Counted from the first letter of the stretch, positions 17,176-28,181 are shown. The stretch: 32,000 nt of DNA from Desulfotalea psychrophila LSv54 (GCF_000025945.1 NC_006138.1:330001-362000), one strand, 5' to 3'. A program made the numbers and translations. Notes: generated by a model from the sequence alone, not told the origin.

Positions 17176-17553
17176 CTACCTCCTTTTCGGAGGATTAAGT
17201 ACTTTGCCTATATCTTTATCTGCATCTCCTTCAGACCAATCCGTATCCTCTCCCTTAATGAAAAGTATACGATTCTCTTCCATAGATATGTTTGTTCCAC
17301 CAAATGTAACTCCATCGATGTTTCCACTAACAAGTCTCTGTGGTACTACTTTAAGTATCTCATTAACTGTTTCGTAGGTATCTTTTACCGAATAGTCATC
17401 TTGGAGGCCGCTCTCGAGCTTTACCTCTACGACACCGCCCTGCATCTTAGCGGGATAGACAATAATATTCATTCCAATATCACGCCTTAACCTAGGTTTG
17501 AGTACCTTTTGTATTTTTTCGATATATTTATTTATAATATTTCTATCTTTCAC
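17176..17553 (-). CDS. Hypothetical soluble protein, 125 aa
   Basis: 'MKDRNIINKYIEKIQKVLKPRLRRDIGMNIIVYPAKMQGGVVEVKLESGLQDDYSVKDTYETVNEILKVVPQRLVSG...'. Its stop is 3 nt from the next start, and its terminal KRR codons encode that gene's Shine-Dalgarno. Confidence 0.78.
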   Translation of the reverse strand: MKDRNIINKYIEKIQKVLKPRLRRDIGMNIIVYPAKMQGGVVEVKLESGLQDDYSVKDTYETVNEILKVVPQRLVSGNIDGVTFGGTNISMEENRILFIKGEDTDWSEGDADKDIGKVLNPPKRR

Positions 17554-17739
17554 ACTTGATTCTCCTTAAATGCCCAACAATTTATTATTCACAAACTAGA
17601 TATCTCCCCCGTAAGCCAAATCCCTGCCAAACAAAACCACTGCATCTTCTAGCAAGAAACCACCGCCAAGCCAAGCCATTTAACTTGTTTTTGAAGTAAG
17701 TTAGCAACGTAACAGCTACTTAGCCCCTACCTCTCCCTC

Positions 17740-19434
17740 TCAGGCCTTCGACTGCCGAGAGAAGAAGAGGGCAGCGGAGTAGACCAGCAGAGGGAGAGCA
17801 AGCTGGAGAAGGGCATAGACAGCGGTGACTCGCATATCGCCTCCTGAGACCCTATTCACCGCCTCGGTGGTGATTGTGGGGAAACGTCCTGCCCCCACAT
17901 AGAGGGTGGGCAGGTACTGGACAAGGCTTACAGAAAATCCCGTTGCCAGAGAGAAGGCAATGGTCTTTTTCAGCATGGGGAGCTTCACCTGCAAAAGAGC
18001 GCGCCACCACGACCCGCGCAGAGAGAGGGCCAGATCAAAATAACGATTATCAAAAGAGCGATAACTCTGCCCCAGGGTAATAAAGACATAGGGCAGAACA
18101 AAAACCACATGGGAGAAAAGAAGGGCGACAAAACTGCCATCAAGTCCTGAGAAAACCGCTACCATCTGCAGACCAAAGACAAAGGAGATCTGGGGAAGAA
18201 GAAAGGGCAGATAGAGTAACCACAGACTGCGCCGCACCCGCGTCCCCTCTCCCCGCTGAAGAAGAACTCGCTCATACTCCAGACATCCCACCACAAGAAC
18301 AAGAGAGATCAGAGCGGATAAAACCCCCAAAAGAAGGGTTACCACGATGGGTTCCTGGGCTGAAAGCAGGCCCCTGTACCAGTAATGCCAGCTATAACTG
18401 GCGGGGAGGATATCCGGAAAACGCCATCTCCGCGAAACGGAGAGCAGGGCCAGACCGGCAAAGGCCGCCATAAAGAGAAGGCCCAGAGCCATAAGAAGTG
18501 GCCCGGCCCCGGCAAATACTCTGTCAAAAAGGGACGATCTGCCTCCACCAAGAAGCAGGGTCTGCCCCAGGCGGGCAAGTAGCCTCTCCGCCAAATAGCA
18601 GAGAGTAATGGCCAAAAGCACCAACAGACAGAGGGAGGTGGCCCCGGCCGAGGCAAGAAAAAAAGAGCTCGCCTCCCCCTGAATAAACCAGGAATGAACC
18701 AGAACAGCCAGGGTTGGCGGGCGGGAGGGGCCAATAATAAGGGCCACATCCACCACAGAGAGAGAGTAGGCCAGAACTGCCCAGAAAGAGAGGCGAAGAT
18801 GGGGGTAGAGTTGAGGGAGAATAATGGTCAACCAGATACGGGTCGGACCATAGCCAAAACTCTTCCCCAGCCAAATGAGCTTACCCGCCTCAATACGGCT
18901 CAGGGCCGCTATCCCCATAAAGAGAAGAAAGGCAATCTCCTTACAGGCAAGGACAAAGGCCAAACTTAGCCCCCAGGGATCTGCCACCAGGGAAAAGTTG
19001 GGGGGAATAGTCCAGCCGGTAAGCAGTGAGGCCAAGAGGCGCATCAGCCAACCACTGGGACTCAACAAAAAGAGAATGCCCAGGGTAAAGGAGACATGGG
19101 GAATGGCCAACCAAAAACCCAAAATGCGGTGCAGGAAGGCCCACATCTTCGTTCCATAGAGCCCCGCCAAAAGAAATAGGGCAACAAAGAGGGCCGCAAA
19201 GGAGGCCGCGAAGCCCGTTGTCAAGGTCAGCAAGAAGGCATCCCTCACCGCCGGATGGTCGAGAAAACGACTCAGATATCTACCGGTAAAACCCTCTCCT
19301 CCCAAGGCGGGCCAAAAGCCAAGGGCGGGTAAAATTGTGGCCACTCCTCCGAGGAGGACGGGCAAGAGAAAGAGCGAGAGACTTAAACAGGGAAAAAGGG
19401 CCAGCAGGATCTCTTTAGTAGATCTTGCCATCAC
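17740..19434 (-). CDS. ynjC: ABC transporter permease, fused two-domain (YnjC-like)
   Basis: 564-aa polytopic protein with two permease halves. Its start overlaps the ynjB stop. Confidence 0.86.
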   Translation of the reverse strand: MMARSTKEILLALFPCLSLSLFLLPVLLGGVATILPALGFWPALGGEGFTGRYLSRFLDHPAVRDAFLLTLTTGFAASFAALFVALFLLAGLYGTKMWAFLHRILGFWLAIPHVSFTLGILFLLSPSGWLMRLLASLLTGWTIPPNFSLVADPWGLSLAFVLACKEIAFLLFMGIAALSRIEAGKLIWLGKSFGYGPTRIWLTIILPQLYPHLRLSFWAVLAYSLSVVDVALIIGPSRPPTLAVLVHSWFIQGEASSFFLASAGATSLCLLVLLAITLCYLAERLLARLGQTLLLGGGRSSLFDRVFAGAGPLLMALGLLFMAAFAGLALLSVSRRWRFPDILPASYSWHYWYRGLLSAQEPIVVTLLLGVLSALISLVLVVGCLEYERVLLQRGEGTRVRRSLWLLYLPFLLPQISFVFGLQMVAVFSGLDGSFVALLFSHVVFVLPYVFITLGQSYRSFDNRYFDLALSLRGSWWRALLQVKLPMLKKTIAFSLATGFSVSLVQYLPTLYVGAGRFPTITTEAVNRVSGGDMRVTAVYALLQLALPLLVYSAALFFSRQSKA

Positions 19435-20681
19435 CTATGACCATAGCGCGCTTGCCACTCCTCTTCTATCATCACCGTCCAAGAGGGATGCGGCTCAGGA
19501 TAGACCCTGCCCAGCTCCTCTGCAGAGAGGGTGGCTGGACCTGAATGACCGATAAAAAGTGCTTTTTGCCGATCATTCAACTTTTCCATGGCCAGTACCG
19601 TTGGATCACCCCAGACTGCCAGATCACTTTTTTGGGCCTGGGCCTCGGGTGAGAGTAGCATATTAATAAAGACCAGGGCGGCTGCCCTGTTTGAAGAGTT
19701 TCGAGGAACGGCCAGAAAATGGGTATTGGCCAGGGAACCACTGCTATGGACATAGGTCCGCACAGAGTCGGGGAGCTCTCCGTTTTCTATGGCCCTGCTG
19801 GCCTCGTTGGGATTAAAGGAGTAGGCAATAAATATTTCCCGGTTATCTAGGAGGGAGACAAGGGCCGGAGAACTGGTAACAAAGGTATTTCCCTTGCGCC
19901 ACATAAGGGGATGAAGACGATCCAGATAATGCCAAAGAGGGGCCGTCACCCGGGAAAAATCCTCTTTTTTGACGGGGGCGAGCAGTGCCTCTGGCTCCGA
20001 TATACTCTCCAGTAAGAGCTGTTTCAGAAAGGCTGTCCCGTAAAATGAAGGAGGGGCAGGATAGGTGAAACGACCGGGATGGGCCTCGGCAAAGACAAGT
20101 AGCTCCTCCATGCTATGGGGCGGCTGAGCCAGAACATCTGTATCGTACATAAAAACCAGTTGAGCCATTCCCCAAGGAGTCTCGTAACCATCCACCGGCA
20201 CGGTAAAATCACGTTGCACAGTCGGTTTCTGCCAATCCACCAAGGCGGCATTGGGTAGCAAATTGCGGGGAACCTGATAGAGCAGATCACTCTTTTTGAG
20301 TTGTTGAAAATTTTCCCCGTTTATCCAGAGCAGATCCACCCGCCCACCGTCAAGACGCCCGGCAGATTTTTCCACCAGAAGGCGACCAACAACTTCTGCA
20401 ATATCAGTGACCTTGACATGTTTGACCTCTATTCCATACTTCTCTTGGGCCCTTCGACTAGCCCAAGAAACATAGTCGTTTATGGGCTCAGAGCCACCCC
20501 AGGCATTAAAGTAGATGGTCTGACCACGGGCCTCCCCTTCAATCTGCGCCCAAGCCCCAAGGGCGGCAGAGGAGTTCTGGATAAAGAGGAAGAGAAAAGA
20601 GACCGTAACAAGAAACGGCCAAACAAACCTACCTTTCACCAAACATTTCACCAAAAAGTTTTTCCGCATCTGCATTCCCAA
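19431..20681 (-). CDS. ynjB: ABC transporter substrate-binding protein (YnjB-like)
   Basis: 'GQTIYFNAWGGSEPINDYVSWASRRAQEKYGIEVKHVKVTD', 'GRVDLLWINGENFQQLK', 'ETPWGMAQLVFMYD'. The listed ORF opens at a TTG; an internal GTG (VKGRFVWPFLV) may be the true start. Confidence 0.87.
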   Translation of the reverse strand: MGMQMRKNFLVKCLVKGRFVWPFLVTVSFLFLFIQNSSAALGAWAQIEGEARGQTIYFNAWGGSEPINDYVSWASRRAQEKYGIEVKHVKVTDIAEVVGRLLVEKSAGRLDGGRVDLLWINGENFQQLKKSDLLYQVPRNLLPNAALVDWQKPTVQRDFTVPVDGYETPWGMAQLVFMYDTDVLAQPPHSMEELLVFAEAHPGRFTYPAPPSFYGTAFLKQLLLESISEPEALLAPVKKEDFSRVTAPLWHYLDRLHPLMWRKGNTFVTSSPALVSLLDNREIFIAYSFNPNEASRAIENGELPDSVRTYVHSSGSLANTHFLAVPRNSSNRAAALVFINMLLSPEAQAQKSDLAVWGDPTVLAMEKLNDRQKALFIGHSGPATLSAEELGRVYPEPHPSWTVMIEEEWQARYGHR

Positions 20682-22332
20682 TAAGAATTAATTCGGTGGA
20701 TTTCACCAGAGGTAGGGTGGGGTCAGGGCCAACCAAAAGCTCTCCATCCATCCTTAGAGCCACAACACTACAACCCGTCTCTTGCCGCACATTACTTTCA
20801 GCCAGGGTTTTGCCAACCAGGGCCCCCGGAATCTGCTGAACAAAGAAGTTCATCCCCTCAATAAAGAGAGAGCCCTCATCGGGTTTAAAGACCTTCATGA
20901 TACGATTTGCCCCCATGGAGGCGTAGGACATTACCAAATCAGCACCAGCCATATGTAGCTTGCTGACACTTCTTTCATTGGTGGCACGACTGATAATCTG
21001 AATATCCGGGCGCAGTTGACGACAGTAAAAGGTGAGATAGATATTGGCGGCATCGTCGTGGGTGGTGATAATGGCGGCCCGGGCATTTTCTATTCCCGCC
21101 TCTATAAGAACATCTCTATTGGCCGCATCTCCCGCAACAAAATTCACTCCCCCTCTGGCAACAACGGCAGAGGACTTCTCAACCACCCGATATTTCACTC
21201 CATAGCCGTCAAGTACCTGACTCGCTGCCAAGCCCACCCGACCTCCACCCAAAACAAGAACCAGCTTATCGTCCTCGGAGGAGAGGTCTGTAATAATAAA
21301 TTTTTCTTCAAAGCAATCGAGTTGGGCCAGAGTGCCAGCCAGGAGAAGGCTTGAAGATTTATTAATAATAGTTTTTGCATGAAGAGCTTCAAACTGCCCC
21401 TTTTCCCAGAGGCCCACAAGAGTCGCCCCTGTTCGCGTGCGAAGCATGGTCTCGGTCAAAAGAAGCCCGCCCAGACTTGTCTGTGAAACGGGTATTTCGG
21501 CGATATGAAGCTGATCAAAGCTGCTGACAATCTTGGTCAGCCGCCCCACCCCCCGCACCCGTTCAGCAAGAGATTCACCCAACATCTTCATAAAGAGAAA
21601 GACCTGAGTATTTCCAGGAAAATTAAGAATATCAAGAGAATGCTCCTTATCAGCTGCGGCAACAATGGGCACCTTGGCGGTGATCCCCCGAATGGTAAAG
21701 GAGATATTTGTGGCCATCATATCATCGTTGGTAATCACCACCAGGGCCGCATCCTCCACCCTGACACTCAAAAAGGTATCCGGATCATCGGGCTCGCCAA
21801 CCACAATTTTGTAGCCCTGATCATGCAACTCCATACCCCTCTGAGCATCGGCAACAATGATCACATAGTCATAACCACGACGCTTGAGCTTTTCAACAAG
21901 CCTCTCGGTGATGGGATCGAGATGAGTAATGATAACATGGCCACTAACCCCCTTAACCAGCTCACGCGGGGTACGTTTTCTCGTCTGCGCCTCAAGCCAG
22001 GGCGCATAAAAGAACTGAATAAAGGAGAAGGGAAGCATGATGAGGAGAAAGACAACCCCGGAGAGGAGGACAACAATGGTAAAGAGGAGGCCCAGATCGG
22101 TATGAAAGGTGATATCACCGAAGCCCAGGGTCGACATCACCGTCAGGGCCCAGTAAATACCGGTTATCCAGGAGTACTCCTTACCCTCATAGAGCATAAT
22201 CAGATGAAAGAGTACGCTATACAAGGTTACCATGCACAGGAGAAAGACAAAGAACTTGGCCAGGGCGGCAAGGTTTCGCTGCGACCCCTTATTTTGAAAA
22301 AAGTAGAGTATCTGGGATGGGAGAAATTTCAT
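20629..22332 (-). CDS. Ion channel with TrkA-N/RCK domains
   Basis: Pore 'TGIYWALTVMSTLGFGDITF', then 'GHVIITHLDPITERLVEKLKRRGYDYVIIVAD' and a second RCK 'KLVLVLGGGRVGLAASQVLDGYGVKYRVVEK'. Confidence 0.93.
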   Translation of the reverse strand: MKFLPSQILYFFQNKGSQRNLAALAKFFVFLLCMVTLYSVLFHLIMLYEGKEYSWITGIYWALTVMSTLGFGDITFHTDLGLLFTIVVLLSGVVFLLIMLPFSFIQFFYAPWLEAQTRKRTPRELVKGVSGHVIITHLDPITERLVEKLKRRGYDYVIIVADAQRGMELHDQGYKIVVGEPDDPDTFLSVRVEDAALVVITNDDMMATNISFTIRGITAKVPIVAAADKEHSLDILNFPGNTQVFLFMKMLGESLAERVRGVGRLTKIVSSFDQLHIAEIPVSQTSLGGLLLTETMLRTRTGATLVGLWEKGQFEALHAKTIINKSSSLLLAGTLAQLDCFEEKFIITDLSSEDDKLVLVLGGGRVGLAASQVLDGYGVKYRVVEKSSAVVARGGVNFVAGDAANRDVLIEAGIENARAAIITTHDDAANIYLTFYCRQLRPDIQIISRATNERSVSKLHMAGADLVMSYASMGANRIMKVFKPDEGSLFIEGMNFFVQQIPGALVGKTLAESNVRQETGCSVVALRMDGELLVGPDPTLPLVKSTELILIGNADAEKLFGEMFGER

Positions 22333-22543
22333 ATTTCATAATAGAATCAACTGTTCGCAATTCAGATGCAAATCTGACTCTATTCTACCTCATAAAAACG
22401 TTTAAGATAATCGGGGGACGGAAAAGATAAGCTTAATTTAAACATGCTTTCCCCCCAACCGCAAATGCCATCTGAAAAAAGCGAATCTCTCTACAAATCC
22501 CCCTTACAAACCTTATATTACAGCAAGACACGATTGGGAAAGT

Positions 22544-22590
22544 ATTACATTGTTGTAAATAATCATTGCGACTACATTACATTATTGTTA
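22544..22590 (+). promoter_or_regulatory. Candidate tandem operator upstream of amtB
   Basis: ATTACATTGTTGTAA (22544-22558) and ATTACATTATTGTTA (22576-22590), spaced 32 bp. The first is a dyad, TTACA-N4-TGTAA. Confidence 0.35.
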
Positions 22591-22700
22591 CTTTATGAAA
22601 AAGAGAAACGCTTCAACCAGCACAATCACCCATAGATGAGCCTAAAAGCAGAGCCCATATACACAACAAGGCTTAACCACAATCTAATAGGAGATACACC

Positions 22701-24385
<1,685 letters not shown>

Positions 24386-24493
24386 GCCATGCCGGGTAGC
24401 TTCCAACCATAAAAATAGATTGGCAGAACGGCATCTCTTTCAGTAAGATCAAAAACAGAAAACAAAGACCCACAAACATTAGAGGAGAAGAGA

Positions 24494-24646
24494 ATGGCTG
24501 AAGAAGAAGTTTCACAGGAAAAACTTGATACCATGGACGAGACCCTTATTCAAATGGAGATGCTCTACAAATCCCGCTGCGTAGGCATGCCAGGCACTAA
24601 CAATGTTACCATACGGGACATTCCCTGCAAAAAAGAAGAGGTGTAG
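24494..24646 (+). CDS. Small ORF, 50 aa, downstream of glnK
   Basis: Translated by eye: MAEEEVSQEKLDTMDETLIQMEMLYKSRCVGMPGTNNVTIRDIPCKKEEV*. GAGGAG-type RBS before the ATG. Absent from the supplied ORF track, whose shortest listed ORFs are 60 aa. Confidence 0.55.
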   Translation: MAEEEVSQEKLDTMDETLIQMEMLYKSRCVGMPGTNNVTIRDIPCKKEEV

Positions 24647-24658
24647 ATCCCCCCGAAA

Positions 24659-25387
24659 CTACCACTTTTCCTGCAGATGCCTGGCCACCAGGGCGGCACT
24701 CCTTATTGCAGATTCGAAACTGGCATGAAAATCTGCAATAATCGTCTCATCAGCAGGATCAAACCTGTCTGCAATGGATTTTGCCACGGCATAGGGAAGC
24801 TGGAGGCGACCTGCCACCTGAGCAAAGCCTCCCGCCTCCATCTCAATCAGACCCACCCCCGAGACAAGCTTGGCAAGTTCCATTTTACGCTCACGGGTTC
24901 CGGAAAATTCGGCACCCGTCACCACACATCCCCTACAGCTCCGCAGTCCCACCACCCCCAAGCAGAGGGATGATAGCGTTTCATCCGGATAGAGACAGGG
25001 ATCGTGGCCCAAGCCATCGGCTCCAGAGCGTAGGGACTGCCCCGGCCGCACTAAAAAACGACCCATATCAAAAAAGGCACAGGAATCATGCTGTAAAATT
25101 TTCTCAGCTACAACCAAATCCCCCACCTCCCGGCTACTCTCCAGGGCACCACCGACACCCAATAGGACAAGGGCAGCCAGACTATAACGACAGGAGAGCT
25201 CCGTAACAGCGCAGGCCGCATTAACCCCGCCAAGCCCTGAATATGCCAGGATAATTTGCCTACCCGAAGAGCTAGTGGCACTATAGAGACCCGCGTGATG
25301 CTTTTTAACATTTTTTACCATGCGACAGATGCCCTTCAACTCCTGAGGCATGGCACAGAGAATCAACAGGGAAGGAGTTTCTTTCAT
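24659..25387 (-). CDS. Nucleosidase / futalosine hydrolase-like (PNP/MTAN family)
   Basis: 'LLILCAMPQELKGICRMV', 'VLLGVGGAL', 'GLIEMEAGGFAQVAGRLQLPYAVAKSIADRFDP'. ATG at 25387 is 1 nt from the upstream stop. Confidence 0.78.
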   Translation of the reverse strand: MKETPSLLILCAMPQELKGICRMVKNVKKHHAGLYSATSSSGRQIILAYSGLGGVNAACAVTELSCRYSLAALVLLGVGGALESSREVGDLVVAEKILQHDSCAFFDMGRFLVRPGQSLRSGADGLGHDPCLYPDETLSSLCLGVVGLRSCRGCVVTGAEFSGTRERKMELAKLVSGVGLIEMEAGGFAQVAGRLQLPYAVAKSIADRFDPADETIIADFHASFESAIRSAALVARHLQEKW

Positions 25388-25388
25388 T

Positions 25389-26423
25389 TTATAGACCGGT
25401 ACAGGAAATGGCATGTGAAGGAATAGTCACAGCCAGCTTATCGCCCACCATGAGAGAGAGGCTTCGATAGTTTTCGTAATTTGTATAGATAATAAGAGGA
25501 ATCCCAATATCAAGCTGCAGCTTAACAAGAGACCTATGTCGACTGATCCCCACGAGATGGCCTGAGTAAACATTATCCTCCTGCCCAACTGCCATGCCAC
25601 TCCCTAAGAGAGAAAAGCCTATCCCCTCGGGATCAACCCACAGCTTCAGCTCCTGTGCAGAGGAGGGGAGGCAGGCTCCTGACACTCGAAGAAGCAAGCT
25701 ACCAGCAAGCTGCCAAATAGTATCAGCCCCTTTCTCACCCACCAACTGCCCCCTATAGACATTTTCATTGAGGACATTGGAGAGAGAACCGTTTTGTAAG
25801 AGCAGAGTATGATCGGCAAGACGATGCCCCTGAGAAAGATAATGGGTAGAAAAGATTATCGATGTCCCCCTCTCCCTGTTTATCCTCTCCAGAACGGCAA
25901 GAATCATCTCTTGATTCTCATTATCAACATTAGCACTAGGCTCATCACAGATTAACACCTCAGGATAGACGGCCAGGGCCCGGGCCAGGGCAACCCTCTT
26001 CGTCTCCCCACCGGATAATTTTTGGGCATCATCACCGGAAAATTTTTCCAGACCGACCAAGCGGAGCATCTCGCCAACCCGAGCCACCACATCCACCTTT
26101 GCCAGCCTGCGTACCCGCAGACCAAAGGCCACATTTTCTGCAACGGTACCGGAAAACATAATGGGACTCTGATCAAGCTGCACCACCTGCCGCCTAAAGG
26201 CCAGGAGCTGTTTTTTGCCATAGGCCACCCTCTCGCCAAGAAACTCTATCTCACCGCTGCTCGGTCTATCGAGAAAGGAGAGCAACTTAAGCAGAGTCGT
26301 CTTACCGGCACCATTAGGCCCCGTCAAGCTGTAGACCTTACCCTTCTCCAGCAGAAGATCCTCAATATCCAAAACAACCCGATCGCCATAAACCCTGGTC
26401 ATTTTCTTTATTCTATAGAGCAT
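25389..26423 (-). CDS. tupC: ABC transporter ATP-binding protein, tungstate/molybdate type
   Basis: Walker A 'LTGPNGAGKTTLLKLLSF', signature 'LSGGETKRVALARALAVYPEVLICDEPSANVD', C-terminal extension. A start at 26402 (MTRVYGDR) is possible. Confidence 0.86.
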   Translation of the reverse strand: MLYRIKKMTRVYGDRVVLDIEDLLLEKGKVYSLTGPNGAGKTTLLKLLSFLDRPSSGEIEFLGERVAYGKKQLLAFRRQVVQLDQSPIMFSGTVAENVAFGLRVRRLAKVDVVARVGEMLRLVGLEKFSGDDAQKLSGGETKRVALARALAVYPEVLICDEPSANVDNENQEMILAVLERINRERGTSIIFSTHYLSQGHRLADHTLLLQNGSLSNVLNENVYRGQLVGEKGADTIWQLAGSLLLRVSGACLPSSAQELKLWVDPEGIGFSLLGSGMAVGQEDNVYSGHLVGISRHRSLVKLQLDIGIPLIIYTNYENYRSLSLMVGDKLAVTIPSHAISCTGL

Positions 26424-27117
26424 CTATTTTTGTCCTTCCCTGAAAAAGATGAAACAGCATATTTATAAAAAAAGCGAAGGTCATAAGGGTAATACCCAGG
26501 GCCACAGCCAAAACAAACTCCCCCTTATCATACTCCAGAGCCATGGCGGTGGTCATGGTTCGGGTAAACCCCTTGGCATTACCACCAAGCATCATACTGA
26601 TACCCACTTCAGCTATAACACGACCAAAGGCGGCAACTATAGCAGCACAAACGCCATAACGCGCCTCCCGTAGCACAGCCCAGGCCATCTGCCCTTGACT
26701 GGCACCAAGGGTCAGTGCGGTCATCCGATAGCGGCTGTCGATTTTACTAATGGCGGCAATGGTAAGGGTGGTAACAAGAGGCCAGATAAGAATAATTTGA
26801 CCTATAATAATGGCTTTCTGGGTATAGAGCAGCTCCCAACTGCCAAAGATGGCCCTACGCGAAATAAACGAGTAGACCAAAAGACCGATAACCACGGTGG
26901 GCAAAGCCAAAAGAGTATTCAGACAGGTCAACAAAAAACGCTTTCCGGGAAAGGAAGAGTAGGCAATGAGCAGGCCCATGGGAATGCCCAGAATAGAGGC
27001 AAAGACAGTTGCAAAAAAACTGACCCGCAGAGATACTGTCACAATTTGCAGAAAAGCAGGATCAAACTCCACCAGAAGCCAAAATGCAGACAAGAGACTA
27101 TCAAAAAGAAGATCCAT
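26413..27117 (-). CDS. tupB: ABC transporter permease, tungstate type
   Basis: 'TVSLRVSFFATVFASILGIPMGLLIAYSSFPGKRF', 'EARYGVCAAIVAAFGRVIAEVGISMMLGGNAKGFTRTMTTAMALEYDKGEF'. Confidence 0.92.
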   Translation of the reverse strand: MDLLFDSLLSAFWLLVEFDPAFLQIVTVSLRVSFFATVFASILGIPMGLLIAYSSFPGKRFLLTCLNTLLALPTVVIGLLVYSFISRRAIFGSWELLYTQKAIIIGQIILIWPLVTTLTIAAISKIDSRYRMTALTLGASQGQMAWAVLREARYGVCAAIVAAFGRVIAEVGISMMLGGNAKGFTRTMTTAMALEYDKGEFVLAVALGITLMTFAFFINMLFHLFQGRTKIDAL

Positions 27118-27146
27118 ATCCTTCCCTTTCTACTTGAGAGGCAAAA

Positions 27147-27188
27147 CAAAAAAAAGCCCGGGCAAGCGATATACACTCGGCCCAGGCT
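27147..27188 (-). terminator. Intra-operon Rho-independent terminator/attenuator between tupA and tupB
   Basis: On the minus strand AGCCTGGGC...GCCCGGGCT (9-bp stem, one T-G wobble) is followed by a run of at least 8 T. Confidence 0.75.
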
Positions 27189-27284
27189 TCCATATACAAA
27201 GTTACCGAAACTTCCCTGCGGAAGATATTAGATATCTACCCCAAGTCCAAGTCTCCCGTCAACTCCTGTATCTTAGAAAAGAGA

Positions 27285-28181
27285 CTACTTTATAGCATCC
27301 GGGTAGAAGAGCTGCTTACCCTCAAGCCGGTAATCGCCAATCAACTTCTGACCGCGAGGTGAAACCAACCACTGGGCGAGCTCAACTGCCATATCATACT
27401 GGACAGTAGGATATTTCTTTGGATTAACAGGTATAATGCCATAAGGGTTGGCAAGATCAGCGCCACCCTCACAGAGGATTTCAAGATCTACAGCAGGAGT
27501 CTTACCATACTTATATTTAATGTAAGTACCACGATCAGACATGGTATAAGCTTGCTTTTCCTCGGTAAAGGTAATGGCCTTACCCATACCCTGGCCAATG
27601 GAAAGATACCAGGCAGCAGAGTCAGCTGGACGCATAGCAGTAACTTCCTTCTTCTTGCCCTTCTTAACAATAGTCTGGCTCACAGCGGCAAGTGGCACAC
27701 CGGATTGCTTCCAGAGATACTGCTCCTTGGTATGGGTACCGCTATCATCGCCACGAGAGACAAATTTTGCCTTCGCCTCGGCTATTTTCTGCAGAGATGC
27801 CGCCGCATCATGACTACCCTTGATACCGGCAGGATCTTTCTCTGAACCAAGAATAACAAAATCATTATGCATAACGGCATAGCGCTTGGTGCCAAAACCA
27901 TCTTTAACAAATTTTTCTTCACGACCCTTAGCGTGAACAAAAATAATATCAACATTACCATCCTGGCCATCACGGATAGCAGCGCCGGTTCCCTTGGCGA
28001 TAACCTTTACCCTAATGCCAGTATCTTTCTCAAATGCAGGCAAAAGAATATCCAATAGACCGGAGGACTGAGTGCTGGTGGTGGTGGACATTTTCAAAAT
28101 CTTCTCAGCACAAAAACCAGTGCCGGCACAAATGGCCACAAGACAGAGTACGGCAACCGAAATCAGACTACGCTTCATCAT
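27285..28181 (-). CDS. tupA: Tungstate-binding periplasmic protein
   Basis: Signal peptide, then 'LKMSTTTSTQSSGLLDILLPAFEKDTGIRVKVIAKGTGAAIRDGQDGNVDIIFVHA', 'FVSRGDDSGTHTKE'. The TTTS motif is characteristic of TupA. Confidence 0.93.
   Translation of the reverse strand: MMKRSLISVAVLCLVAICAGTGFCAEKILKMSTTTSTQSSGLLDILLPAFEKDTGIRVKVIAKGTGAAIRDGQDGNVDIIFVHAKGREEKFVKDGFGTKRYAVMHNDFVILGSEKDPAGIKGSHDAAASLQKIAEAKAKFVSRGDDSGTHTKEQYLWKQSGVPLAAVSQTIVKKGKKKEVTAMRPADSAAWYLSIGQGMGKAITFTEEKQAYTMSDRGTYIKYKYGKTPAVDLEILCEGGADLANPYGIIPVNPKKYPTVQYDMAVELAQWLVSPRGQKLIGDYRLEGKQLFYPDAIK

Noticed and set aside
18339-19159. Overlapping antisense and sister-frame ORFs within ynjC
   Set aside because: Shadow frames of a GC-rich membrane protein gene with no domain signal.
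21505-22341. 278-aa plus-strand ORF opposite the channel gene
   Set aside because: It mirrors the clear TrkA-N channel ORF. Composition is consistent with an antisense shadow frame.
22444-22635. 63-aa plus-strand ORF upstream of amtB
   Set aside because: AT-rich, low-complexity translation without a recognisable motif. It overlaps the candidate operator repeats, so it is more likely leader/promoter DNA.
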